A stretch of DNA of 64,000 nucleotides from Octopus bimaculoides (lineage: Eukaryota). The DNA is taken from NCBI RefSeq assembly GCF_001194135.2, contig NC_068981.1:87020346-87084345 (forward strand), in the 5' to 3' direction. This document shows, one piece after another, positions 12,520 to 25,027 of the stretch. Position 1 is the first letter of the stretch. Each line of letters opens with the position of its first letter. Under the pieces are notes generated by a model. That model was not told the origin of the DNA and made no database searches. It saw only the letters and a program-made list of their open reading frames with translations. The position numbers and the translations under genes are program-made.

Positions 12520-14030
12520 CTGTCATCAGACAGTTCGACAAAGGCAATTGGACCGAAATTCCACAATTATGTTGTACTTAGATTCCTGATTGGCACATTG
12601 AGTAATTTTGAATTCTGCTACAGTTATTCTGAAGTGAATAAACTTCAGTCTTGTGCTGCAATCAGTCAAGGAACTAGAATTTCAAATCTGACAGTAAAAT
12701 CACTCGTGCAATGTTGACCACGACACCTGCTCTCTTTGATGGCTATGACACATTCCAAAGACGAGAGATGCAGAAGCCGCCACAACAGCAACTCAAAGTT
12801 TATTATGGAATAATGGACCCAAGTAGTAACGTAGAGATTCTGTACAGAGCATGTCAATCACTAAAATGCACATATCCTTCTTGGACAAGAATGATGCAGT
12901 CAATTCACATAATGACTATCTAAAAGAATCGTATATTTTGTTCATGGCTATCATTCGCCTAAATTCTGACGAAATGTTTTGTATTTGCTATACGCTGTGA
13001 TACATTAGTTTACATACCAGAGAACACAGAGCTACACCAATTGTGACATGTGACCAGCAATTGTGGATCAAAGCAGTGGCACTGGAATGTTCATTGAATC
13101 CATCTCGATGGAGAACTTGCAGATCTCTAACATGCTACAAGTCATATCCCAAAAGCCCGTCCGTGAAAAAAAAAGAAGACATGAAAAACATCTTAGGATT
13201 TAGTACTTAGATTTGTTGAAGAAATTGCTAACCATCATCAAATTAGAGAGAACTGATAATTGGAACTTACATCTAAATATAACCCACAAAATGCTGCCAT
13301 ATCTTGCTGCATCCCAGCACAATAATTGCATCAGATCCTTCGATATGTACTTCCAGAAAATGCAAAGGCTGTACATGTCACATTCAGAGATGTGCCAACA
13401 TTTTCAGCAAGGATTTTATTATCATCAGAAAAGGAGGCACGTATTTGAGACTTAGTCATAGAGCAAGTATTGAGGAGGAGTAAAAAGACAACAGGTGGGC
13501 TGACAAGAGAAAGAGGGATAAATGGAACCCCTGTCTGGCTCGTATTGTTTACTGTCTGTGCACAAATACATTGTGTCATATACGAACTGACAAATATTCG
13601 ATCTATTATAAATGTACAACAGATCTGAACAAAGAAAGAAATATCAACATGGAGACAGAAGAAAGGCATTGCAGATACAGCAACATCACCAAATTTTTTA
13701 TTCCAAGAAATCCTTTTAATGAAAATCCAAGCCTTAGAAGTATTGTTATTGGAGTGAAGGAAGATAATTGTGTTAACGCTGATTGTGCTCAACAAGTTGG
13801 TGAGAAGATTTTGAGAACAATAAGTTGCAAAAGCTTTGCGCAGCACGAGTTTAAGAAAATAAAATTAAGTTCTCTCAGTAAAAGAAATACAATATTGATA
13901 GAAGGAAAATTGCTCAGATTAATCAAAATTCATTCCCCCTTCCAGAGATTTTGGATAGCAAGTAAATTCAATGACATATCTAACATATGTGATAACTATA
14001 TATAATACGATTAACCCTACAAAGTTGCAT
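12520..14030 (+). pseudogene. Academ-like DNA transposase relic
   Basis: Pieces RFLIGTLSNFEFCYSYSEV, VDHD..LFDGYDTF, TPIVTCDQQLWIKA, ERTDNWNLHL..MLPYLAAS.HNN, DLVIEQVLRRSKKTTGGLTRERG, RNPF...LRSIVIGV...VNAD.AQQVGEKIL, PFQR are collinear with a large marine-invertebrate transposase family that I associate with Academ. No termini found. Confidence 0.55.
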
Positions 14031-15559
14031 TATGATAACTTATTCAATCTGGGAGTAAGTCCGCTAATGTTCCATAGTAAAAATACTAAATAGTTGTGAA
14101 TGAGCGCCTCATGTTTAATGCTGACCAGCAAGCATGCTGTAATTTGGCAAGTATCAGATGTAAATCTCGCTTTGTGATGTGAGGCTTGTTTAACTTCCTG
14201 TATTACGAATTAATAACTCCACTGAGTCCACTTTCGAGAAAGAATAGAAGTGTTAAGAACAAATTCTGGAACAGTTTTAACCAGTAAAGGATATTTGCAC
14301 GCAACTTCTTCAGAAACCCACAGAGAAATAACCATGATTTAATACGATAGTTTGACACAGTACTTTGACAGTTTCATCATTCTGGAGCATTGATAGTTAC
14401 TTCTGAAAGGCTGCGCATACCATGATGGGAGAGAAATATTAGCGAAGTTGGCGAGTCGATAGTTGAAGGACATTTCCAGATGATACGTATGTTGCCACGA
14501 CATTATTTAGCTTCTGTTATATTTCTGTAAATTTAAGGTAGAACGTCATTGCTTTTCACGGATAACTCATCATGTTTATTAGTGAAATGTGCATTCAGGT
14601 GACGATGATTTATAACCTTTATTACTACATAGAAAATTGCATATCAAACATTGTGGAAGGTAACAGTCGTGTGGAGCTGTAATAAATTCATGCTTCAGAT
14701 AATCAGTGTTATGCTGATGGACATTTTTCATGATAGACGAAGAAAAATCTCATTACAAATTAATGGATTTAGAACAGAACATAATAGTTAGTAAACATAA
14801 TAAAAATGAGATAATATAGAACGTGTCTAAAATATTAAAATATAACTCAACGATACTCGCATGATGCTATATAAATCATAAAAATATTTTTGCTGTAACA
14901 TTCAATCAAATATTATTACAGTTCATTAAACGACTGATCTTATATGGGAAAGGGATCTGTAAGGATTGAAAAGGGGCGGACAAATAGCCATGTTTAATAA
15001 AATTCAGATGTATTTTTAAACTTGCTCGACTCCATGACGAATTAAGAACTATATGGATACAAACTCCAATTTTGTCTTTTCATTAGTAAAGAGGGCGAGC
15101 AAAATTCACTTTCTCGTAGTGGTGGTGGGGGGGCTGGTATTTGTCTAGTAGTGATGTACAGTTTTAAGCCCATTCGCATTTGCACAAACACACATTATAA
15201 ATTAACTCATTTCTTTCTTTATCCTGTATACAATTGTCCATGTTTTATTCCTTTCAAACTGCCAGCATTATAATCAAATGAATCCTACTGCGTATATCCA
15301 TATGGTGCGAAGCCGGCTTAATATGCACATAAACATTTAACATACCACTTAAAACACAGGGCAGCTGGTGAATAATTCTGTCTGGATGTGTATCGTGTAC
15401 TATTAGCCAAGCCGTACAAGCAGCCATAATGTAGGTCAAGTAATCTATTTGCAGTTATATAATAAACCATTCAGTCGACTGCTGACAGCAAGCGAAAGTT
15501 GATTCATAGCGCATGCGCGCAGTTACTGTGTTCATTTTTATGGAAGGAATTAAGAGATA

Positions 15560-16750
15560 CTAGCAGAAATACCCGGGTTAAAGAGAATAATGAAATCTAA
15601 AAACGCCGTCTAGACTATGCAACCCTCAACTGTTAGTAGCTACGATACCATATTTCTACATTAATAACTCTCCAATCCATGCCAGCATGGAACATAGACA
15701 TTAAGTGGAATGCCAGTCTCTCATCCAGGAGGGCCTTGAAATCAATGTTACCAACTGGGGACTATGTGTGTCGTAGTGATAATAAAAAGACCCAAAGGAG
15801 GTCTGCAACGAAATAATTTTACTCAACATTTTGCAAGTGAATCAGTGGAGGCAAAGATGCGTCTCATTTACTTGACAATTTATGCACCACATTGCAGAAA
15901 TCACAATGTAAGTATATCTGAAAGGGTAGTCTTACACTGTTGTNNNNNNNNNNNNNNNNNNNNNNNNNNNNNNNNNNNNNNNNNNNNNNNNNNNNNNNNN
16001 NNNNNNNNNNNNNNNNNNNNNNNNNNNNNNNNNNNNNNNNNNNNNNNNNNNNNNNNNNNNNNNNNNNNNNNNNNNNNNNNNNNNNNNNNNNNNNNNNNNN
16101 NNNNNNNNNNNNNNNNNNNNNNNNNNNNNNNNNNNNNNNNNNNNNNNNNNNNNNNNNNNNNNNNNNNNNNNNNNNNNNNNNNNNNNNNNNNNNNNNNNNN
16201 NNNNNNNNNNNNNNNNNNNNNNNNNNNNNNNNNNNNNNNNNNNNNNNNNNNNNNNNNNNNNNNNNNNNNNNNNNNNNNNNNNNNNNNNNNNNNNNNNNNN
16301 NNNNNNNNNNNNNNNNNNNNNNNNNNNNNNNNNNNNNNNNNNNNNNNNNNNNNNNNNNNNNNNNNNNNNNNNNNNNNNNNNNNNNNNNNNNNNNNNNNNN
16401 NNNNNNNNNNNNNNNNNNNNNNNNNNNNNNNNNNNNNNNNNNNNNNNNNNNNNNNNNNNNNNNNNNNNNNNNNNNNNNNNNNNNNNNNNNNNNNNNNNNN
16501 NNNNNNNNNNNNNNNNNNNNNNNNNNNNNNNNGTTTCATTTTTAAAGTGAAAGTATTTGACATGAGTGTTTTTGTTTCACTTTTGACACGTAATACTTAA
16601 ATAGTGGAGGAGATATTATGTTGCCGTGGGCTCGAACTCCGCAAGAAGTTAATAATTTTTTTTGACTAAAACACAACTGGAACCCTAAGTAAGGCATTTG
16701 TAAAATTTGAATGAAATTGGTTGCGTAGTTCTCGAGTTTTAGGGATTCAC

Positions 16751-16801
<51 letters not shown>

Positions 16802-16827
16802 CACATTCTCATTTTTATATATATAGA
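15560..16827 (-). mobile_element. Non-autonomous Helitron with both ends (gap 15944-16532 inside)
   Basis: Minus strand reads A|TCTATATATATAAAAATGAGAATGTG(TCTG)n...ACCCGGGT palindrome..CTAG|T: canonical 5' TC, 3' CTAG, A/T insertion site and no TSD. Confidence 0.8.
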
Positions 16828-17099
16828 TTATACACAGACACACATGACAGAGCATGCGACGAAGGGCAGTTAGTGTATCATTCCATGATTGCGTTTGTAT
16901 TACTGTATGGGCGAGCACAACCCATACAATCCAATTTAAAACTTGTTCAACTATTGTCACCTAGCCACCATAATTAGTTATCTCTGAGAATAGCTGGTAA
17001 TAAAGATGATGTTTCAGAAACATTCACAATAAATATTTTTTAACTAAATCACAATTAAAGTATTGCTTGGTGACTGTTTAATTTTTAACAACTTTCGTA

Positions 17100-17278
17100 G
17101 GAGAGGAAAAGTCGATTATACCGACCCCAGTACGTAACTGATGCTTATTTCATCAACACTGAAAGGATGAAAGGCAGAGTCGACCTCTGCGGAATTTGAA
17201 CTCAAGCAGTAAAGACGGACGAAATACTGCTAAGCATTTTGCCCGGCGTTCTAACGATTCTGCAGCACACCGCTTTAT
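17100..17278 (-). mobile_element. SINE family B
   Basis: Reverse complement of B box (GGAATTTGAACTC) and GAAAGGATGAAAGGC..AGTCGACC domain. More decayed copies follow at ~17530-17900. Confidence 0.8.
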
Positions 17279-18998
17279 AATGATATAATAATGACAGCTA
17301 TTTATCTTGGAAGCTATCAACTATTTCCACAAAAAAGGCATTTGTAGCTGGCAGGGTCGGATAAATGAATGGTATATATTTCTATTAATTGTAGCGCAAA
17401 GACAAAATTCATCCTGTCGATATTTGAACTTAGAAGGTAAGCAGACATAACTGAGAACTACATAATATACATAACCTGGAGTGTTACTGCTTCTGCTTCC
17501 CAGCACCCTTTAGTAATAGTAAAGATATTGATTTCTAACTTAGAAACAGAAGACTAGAAATTCCGGAAAAGAAACAATGGATACAATCATCGCAGTACAT
17601 GGTTTTCTGTTACGACCTGTGGAAGAGTAAAAGATAAGTTAGAACTCGATGGGATTTGAACTCAAAACGTAACTAGATACTGCGTAGTAGTTTATCTGAA
17701 TCTCTACCGCTTTTTATTGACAGTAAAATTTTCATTTCTTACTATGGCACTAGTCTTCAAACTTATTGAAAAATGGACAATTGGTTATATCAAAACTAGT
17801 GCTGGTACTTTATTTTATTTATTTCAGGAGAATGAAAAGTAAAGTTGACGCCGACAGAATTTAGTTCAGAATGTAAAAGGCCGTCATTAAATATCAAGCT
17901 ATTGCAAGCGTTTCCTATTGCGATTTTACTTTAATGTGACAAGTTGGTAGAGCGTACTAAATAGCTTACAATATTTTGTGTTGCCTATCAGTTTTGAGAT
18001 GAAATACGTACCAGATTCGAATTTGCTTTTCATTATCCCCTTCCCAAACCCCTGAACTTGATGATGCCAGTAATACACAAGAGTCGATTCAGTTGATTGT
18101 ACTTTTTCTGTTATAAGAAAACTTGTAATTATCTCAATATATAAAATATATCATCCCATTAAAATAAATGTTAATTTGGAGTTCAATATACAATATCCAA
18201 ACTTTAATATAAATGACAAATGAAGTACATTTTAAAATAATAATCTTTTTAATATTTCGGTTATTATATATAAATCCTATATTCCTTGGAGATGAATTCT
18301 TACTTCTATAGAAATACGCAAAATATTTACTTGCATGATTCGTTGTTATGTAGTTCCGGGTTAGCTATGATTGAATAGACCTGGGATAAAAGGCGTTCCA
18401 GCGATGACTATATTCCGGTTTTTGGTTTCTAATAGGGAAATACATTATATGTGACGTTACTGAATATGATTTCAGGGCAATTTGAAGGCTATTTCTAGCA
18501 GGTTGTCCCATTGCATAGAGGCTTTCTCTCTCTGGTTCATTTATTTGTATGTTTCCTCGTGATATGATTTTAAAACTTTCAAGAAATAAGCTTCTTGGAA
18601 ATCGTGTGACTTACTTTACTTTGCGAAAATTGGTAAAAATATATCAAGTCAGGGAGTAGATCTTAGATGGAGGCCGAAACTTGATGACAATGAATAGTTC
18701 TTAATTGCATTAAACTTTTTTTAAATATGAATAAAATGGTATATACTTTAAATGGCAACTGGAACTTTATTAACTCTCTTTCCTATAGAGTTGTTACTTT
18801 CCTCGTTGCACCAGCTTAGACAGATTAACAGAGGTAAAAACTGTTGGATTTAGCTTTCGCGTCGTCCAACTGAACGATCGTTTAATGAACTTTGTGCAGA
18901 TGCAGTCGGATCCCGCTGTTTTGTTGTTCTTAAGAGAATTGGTTGCCATGGAGATTTCAAAGTTCGTGGATACTACCGGCTGATGTAGAGTGATAATA

Positions 18999-19617
18999 TC
19001 AGGTCATCCCATAAGTTCTGCCCGATTTTACTTTTTTTTAAATTGAATGAAATTTAATAGTATTTTAGAATGTCTGATGGAATTAAAAATTATTTTTATG
19101 TATTTGTGTACATTTAAACTAATCAAATATTTTACAGAATAATAGAATTAAAATTTCTTTGATTAGAACCCTTTCTAACATGGAAGTATCCAAAGAGCAT
19201 TTGAGGCACATAATGCTTTATGAGTACAAAAAAGGAAACTTTGCAGCCGAAGCGACTCGAAACATACACTTAGTTTATGGGAAAGAATGCTTGAATGAAA
19301 GAGATTGCAGAAGATGGTTTGCAAAATTCAGAAGTGGAGATTTCAGCCTTGAAGATGAAGATCAAACAGGGACGTCCAGTTGAGTTCTATGATAAGCTCC
19401 TTGAGGCATTATTTGAAGAAAACCCTGCATTATCAGTTGAAGAATTGGCAATAAAGCTTAGTTCAAACCATACAACTGTTCATCGTCATCTTCAACAACT
19501 TGGAAAGGTTCCTAAACTTGGAAAACGGGTGCCTCATGAATTGTCCGAAAGCAACCGCAAATCCCGAGTTGACATCTGCTCTTTTCTCCATTCTTGCGAA
19601 CTCATTTCACCCTTTTT
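18999..19617 (+). mobile_element. Mariner transposon, 5' half
   Basis: TA then TIR TCAGGTCATCCCATAAGTTCTG; ORF from 19180 MEVSKEHLRHIMLYEYKKG..RRWFAKFRSGDFSLED..GRP..VPHELSE; truncated just before the catalytic domain. Confidence 0.9.
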
Positions 19618-19619
19618 AG

Positions 19620-20060
19620 CTGTTTACATTATTTTACGCTTGTTTATACTCTTATACATTCAAAGTTCACAAATTTCCTTATTTAAATTATGAATCCTTT
19701 TCCTTTCGATAATATCAATATGATTACAAAACTTCTTTGTAGACGATATTTTCTGTTTGGTCGACACTAATTTTTAAATTGCTGAAGTCCGTTGCTCTAC
19801 TCATAGCGACATATAACTGGCTGTGTATAAACATCAGAGTGGATAAAAATACACCTACACGATCTAAAGTCTGGCCTTGTGTCTTGTGTGCTGTGAATGC
19901 GCGAGCAGAATCTTTAGGGTTGCAAAAAAACAAACTAAGACTTACCTCTCACTGTTCTCTGCGAATAATGTCTGGATGTTCTGGTACTATGGGTTATTTT
20001 GATTGACAAAACTGAGATGCAAACAAGAGCTGCGTCGAATAGCCGTTTCTAATCCTGCTT
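19620..20060 (-). mobile_element. Helitron RepHel helicase C-terminal fragment
   Basis: ORF 19724-19933 FTAHKTQGQTLDRVGVFL...HSQLYVAMSRA...TENIVYKEVL matches Pif1-family helicase motifs V/VI with the Helitron-typical NIVYxEVL end. Confidence 0.8.
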
Positions 20061-20422
20061 GAGATTGACACGCTTCAATAACTACTAAATAATCACACAC
20101 TATACACAGACACACTTTTTCCATTTTATTTTCGCTATTAACCATCCTCGCGACCCCCTTCATTTCTACGATGGAGCCACGAACTATACGATGAAAATTC
20201 AGAGTTAGTCGCTTTCGGTGAGTTTTTGATAAAAATGCGATGGTGATTTATCAATTCAAAAATCGATATCCACGAAATAATCATAGGTTCTGAATTTTTA
20301 ATACTAAAGACCTTCTTGATGACCGTCTTTGTAATCCCGAAAATTATCGTAACCATTGTTCCAGCTGCCTGGCTGTGAAGAGGGAACAAGGAGACGGACA
20401 GACGGACATAACGCCCATTATT

Positions 20423-21794
20423 ATCTATATTTGCAGTGTAGGGTCTCCTCATTGCGCTAGAGAGATACTGATGATTAGATGTACCCCTTGCACTACGCTT
20501 CTCCCGAAGTGTATGTGTGTACTTATAGTAAGGGGTACGCTTGACCATCAAAAGGCGGTGTCTGAGAGTAGTCACTGGGTATCGTTCGTTTGTCAGTCAT
20601 GTGGTATACGGTCTTCAAGCGTGTGTGTCGGGTCGTTGGTGTTGAAAGCAGTACATCTGGGAAGAGGCTGGCGAATTTATTCTTCCAAGAAGTAATGAAG
20701 CACTAAATTGCAAGCCCTCATTCAGTGGGATAGTGTTGATGTCTGCTGGCTCTCAATTTCACTGCATCAATGTATCTAACTGTGGGTTGCTGAAACATTA
20801 TCACGCTCGAAACAGCCTCTGCATTCGAACATTTTGAGGCAGCCCCACTGAATAGCAACCATTTTGTGTGAAAGACACTGCTTGGTCACGAAGCAAGCCT
20901 GCATTGTCGGTTTATTCTCTCTGTCAGACAGAATGCAGCTGTATTGGAATTTGTGTAATTCTCAAGACCAAAGAGCGACACCCCTTGGCATCTGTCCACA
21001 GCGTATCACAGTGCCTCATGATAGACCTTCTACAGATAAGAGTAGAACGCTTCTTATAGTCACGATCTTTACCACAACGTCAGTGGCTCCTGGAGAAGAG
21101 ATCGTTTTATCAAGATTTGGAAGATTAGATGGATGCCAAACTCAAGAAGAGTGAGAGTTACTTGTTATAGTTGATGATTTCATAGCCAAACTCAGTTGCG
21201 AATGAGCAGACTCGAATATTATCAGTCCACATGCATTTGGAAATCGTAATGGTAGACATGTCTATAGATTGATTTCTTTAGCAGTCTCAATTTCACTGTG
21301 ATACAATCTGGTTCACGAAATGTGCAGCTCACAAAATCACATGGACTAGTCGAGTGAGGAATGTAAAAAATGCAGTAGATCATATGCTTGTCCTCATCGT
21401 TTGCTGATTGTCTCTCCTTCAGTGCTTTCATTTACAATGAATATCGTCTTCTTCTCTGCAACTTCTAGTTCAGATTATATCAATTACCATAGTAACCAAA
21501 GCGATCCATTAAGCTATCGAGTGTCAACTAGAAAACACTACAGAAGTAGTACAGAGAATCCCGTCCGAAAGACATCGCACTGACGATGAATGGGGGAACA
21601 GTAGAAGTGTGCAGATTGAAAAAAACAGCAAGAACTAGCTGTGGCTCTGTCCACAAACATCGGCTCTTGATGGTCAGGTGTACCCCTTGCTATAATTACA
21701 CATACACACCTAGAGAAGCAAAGTGCAAGGGTTACACCTAACCACCAGCTCCCCCTCTCCTGTAATGAAAAGATCCTTCACTGCAAATATTGAT
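20423..21794. repeat. ~165-bp inverted repeat pair (20423-20588 / 21633-21794)
   Basis: Hand alignment: ATC(T/A)ATATTTGCAGTG..TCATT..TTAG(A/G)TGTA(C/A)CCCTTGCACT..GCTTCTC..GTGTATGTGT..TTATAG(T/C)AAGGGGTAC..TGACCATCAA is shared in inverted orientation. Confidence 0.85.
20590..21630 (+). mobile_element. RTE-clade LINE 5' part (APE endonuclease relic)
   Basis: VDDFIAKL (~21170), SPHAFGNRNG, IWFTKCAAHKITWTSRVRNVKNAVDHMLV (~21304-21391) match RTE endonuclease motifs. Confidence 0.7.
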
Positions 21795-22379
21795 CGCTAG
21801 CAATACCAAAACGGATTTTTTTGTAGTTTTAATACTCGATCTCAGCTCAAATCACTTGTCAAATAAATATAACTTTGAAATCATGCCAAGCATTTTACAC
21901 AAAATAACAAATATGTTATATAACACTCGTGTAGCATTCATAAGTCCCTTTTTCAGTCGGTAAATCACTTTATTTACGCAAACATATTCACTTCCTATCC
22001 ACAAAATTGAGAACTGCACGAATGAAATATTTGTAAACTTTTGTAACAAATCAATAACAATGATCTTGTACTATTTTCCCCTCTTACATTAGTGATTCTA
22101 TCGTAATTTATGCGGACTGGGTCATTGAGAGTTAGGTCTCTTTGCCAGGGACGCGTCTCAATATGAAAAGCTAATCATTTATCTGGTTCAGCAAGGGAAC
22201 TTCTGCACAGGCAATAGACCTTTTAGAAAAAGCAACTAAATTTTAAAAAGCACACCCTATATCTTAAAAAATGTTAGGACTCATTTGATGATGTAGTCCT
22301 ACATGCACTATTACATGCTCTAAATGGACTCATTGGTGTTCATGTATAGACGTTTATGTGTGTACACTTAAGTGTACAT

Positions 22380-22720
22380 ATATATATATTCATGTATTTA
22401 TGTTTATTTATTTATGTATATCTATATATGTCAAAGTATGCACGCATATGCATATATATATATGTGTGTTTTTATGGTTTTTATATGTTTTTTATATGTT
22501 TATATTTGTATATTGTAAATTAACTCCATGAACTTTCTAAATCTCTGAAGAGGCCTAGAGAACCATACATGTTCCTCTATTCTCACCCATTTCATCTATC
22601 AATCACTCCAGCTTACTGGAGTTATATAAATAGAATGAGGCATGTCACCCCTAGGCTGAAACAGCTGTAAGACGTTGTCCCTTCTTCGGTCACTAGATAT
22701 CCTTTTTAATTTGTATTACT
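22380..22720 (+). mobile_element. Penelope-like element terminal repeat (solo pLTR)
   Basis: AT-rich tail containing a hammerhead core, an architecture typical of PLE ends. Confidence 0.55.
22542..22672 (+). ncRNA. Type I hammerhead motif with extended stem II
   Basis: TCT / CTGAAGA (22545-22551) / GGCCTAG...CTAGGCT / GAAA / palindrome ACAGCTGT / A / AGA. Stem I is only 3 bp. Confidence 0.6.
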
Positions 22721-22859
22721 GATATGACATAATATGTCATATGTGTTTGTATATTGTTTTTATTGTCCTCTTAGTTGAAAAATAAACAGGTAAATTGACA
22801 TAATACAATGTCTGCAAGTTGATGAGTACCACATATTCCCCTCCATTTTCTTATTGCTA

Positions 22860-22933
22860 TATAATATATATATATATGTATATGTATATGTATATGTATA
22901 TATNNNNNNNNNNNNNNNNNNNTATATATATAT

Positions 22934-22984
<51 letters not shown>

Positions 22985-23050
22985 TAGATATCTTTCTAGA
23001 TAGATAGATAGATACATACATACATACATACATACATACATACATACAGG

Positions 23051-23084
<34 letters not shown>

Positions 23085-23103
23085 AACTGACAGACAGAAA
23101 GAC

Positions 23104-23163
<60 letters not shown>
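22860..23163. repeat. Compound microsatellite (TA, TATATG, GATA, TACA, GACA)
   Basis: Directly visible; contains a small N gap. Confidence 0.95.
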
Positions 23164-24998
23164 GAGGAGATCGGTGAAGAGATGACGGACGTTGTTATCC
23201 GTTATTGATGGCAACAATATTGATGTAACAATATTTCTACGTCCTCTATCATTGTTAACATAACCTGCTCTTGCTTTTGTTTTTGCTATTGTGGTTATTG
23301 CTCTTATTTGTTATTTGTTCCAGCGTCATTGTCGTCGCTGACGTTGTCTGGAAACAAATCCTTCAAACGAACTGCGTGTTGTTATTGTTTAGAGCTAATT
23401 ATTGATTATAATCAACTGTTAGAAGGTTTTGTTTTATTCAGGCATAGTATATCTTCTTTTTTTTTCAGACAGTAGAGCGAATCATAATGGAGGTTCCACT
23501 GCTAGTTGTAACGACTTTATTTATGATTTAACAAATGTACGATTCAAGCTATTCCAACCATAATTATTCCGTCTTCTAGCTATACACAAGGAACCCAGTA
23601 GCATATTATCTAACATGTGTTTTCTGAAGAGCAATTTTGCTGTTAGCTCTAGTATATCGAGGGTTCACATAGAGGCTTCCTCGTTGGCTTGCCTACTGCA
23701 TGTGTTTTTCATGTGTGAATCAGATTGGTACATCATGTGTATATATATATATATATATNNNNNNNNNNTAAACTCAAATAGCTGGCAGTAATCCACGTTA
23801 GAAGGTCAGACGGGTTCACTAGTTAAAGTGGCTCAAGGAATCGAAGCCGTATTAAAATTGTTTTCAGAACTCACATACTTTTTGAAGCATTGATTTCTTA
23901 CATTGGCAAAAGGTTGAAGTATAGGAAAATGAATACAGTTCATTAAATCGATTTTCCAGTACATAAGTGTTACATTTTATCGACACGCAAAAAAAAAAAA
24001 GAATTATAGCCAACGTTAATCCCGATGAAATTTGAACTTGTAATGTACTTTGATGTAAGTAAATGCTGTAATATGAGCGGAGGATTTCTAGCGATTGTGC
24101 CAGCCATCATCCAAGTGGAATGCTGCATTTTGAAAATCCATATATTTCTTCAAATTGATTAAGAGTAGTTTAAAACGTGACCAAGATTTGCTAATTGTTT
24201 TTAGAAGAAAAACAAAATGTTTCCAATGAAGTGTCTTGTGTTTTAAAATGTTATAGTCAATTGCAGACTAGTATATATAGTCGAGAGAACAAGGCAGAAT
24301 TTTTAATTAATTGAAATTACACGCGTAATAAGAAAAGTCATTAGCGCTTTTTTTATGTTTGTCTGTTTTTTTTGTTTGTTTTTTGTTTGGTTTTTTTTTT
24401 TGCAAAAAGGCAAAGGAAAGAACATCGAAATATAAATTGATTGGAATAATTTCCAACTAGTTCGATAATTTGTCTTTATGTTTCAGAGTTATAAGGATAA
24501 TTCTGAGCACGTCTTATTCTTATCGACCCTCCTCGATGTCGCATAGTCTAACTCAACTGCTTAATTGCCATAATTTTGATGATGGGGATACGGCGGCGAG
24601 CTGGCAGAATCATTAGCACGCCGACCAAAGTGCCTAGGGGCATTCTGTCCATCTTTATGTTCTTAGTTCAAATTCTGCTGAAGTTGACCTTGTCTTTCGC
24701 ACTCGATAAAATAAGTAACAGTTCAGCATTGGGGGTCAATGTAATCAATTTACCCTCCTTCCCAAAACTGCTGACCGTGTTCCAAAATTTGAAACCGTGA
24801 TTTGGGTGAAGTTGACATACATTTATTCTTTTCTTCTCTAAAGAGAATCCTGATAAAAAATTTCCCCCTCAAATTATCGTAGTACTCCTAAATCGAAATA
24901 AAAATTTAAATGATATTCTAATGACGCAAGCAAGACTGAAACCACGTAGGTGATGACGTTCATTAATATTACTGTTCTACTAACCATTATTATTATTA

Positions 24999-25027
24999 AG
25001 GCGGCGTGCTTTAATGCTTAGCGGTAT
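24999..25027 (+). mobile_element. 5' part of a family B SINE split by the following insertion
   Basis: (TTA)n-AGGCGGCG...AATGCTTAGCGGTAT is the SINE B head (internally deleted). The SINE resumes at 26674 with GGTATTTCGTC. Confidence 0.7.

Noticed and set aside
8126-12581. Low-complexity ORFs (poly-I, poly-T/N, CVCV, HTHT, YLSI)
   Set aside because: They are translations of microsatellites, not genes.
15764-16600. Long ORFs spanning N gaps (also 27459-28015, 29178-29681, 56043-57479, 60121-61101)
   Set aside because: They are artefacts of translating N runs. Only the flanking real sequence was interpreted.
19915-19950. Intron in the Helitron helicase (minus-strand GTAAGT...TTTTTTGCAACCCTAAAG)
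   Set aside because: Only ~34 nt long, and the upstream frame is degenerate; decay or a small insertion is more plausible.
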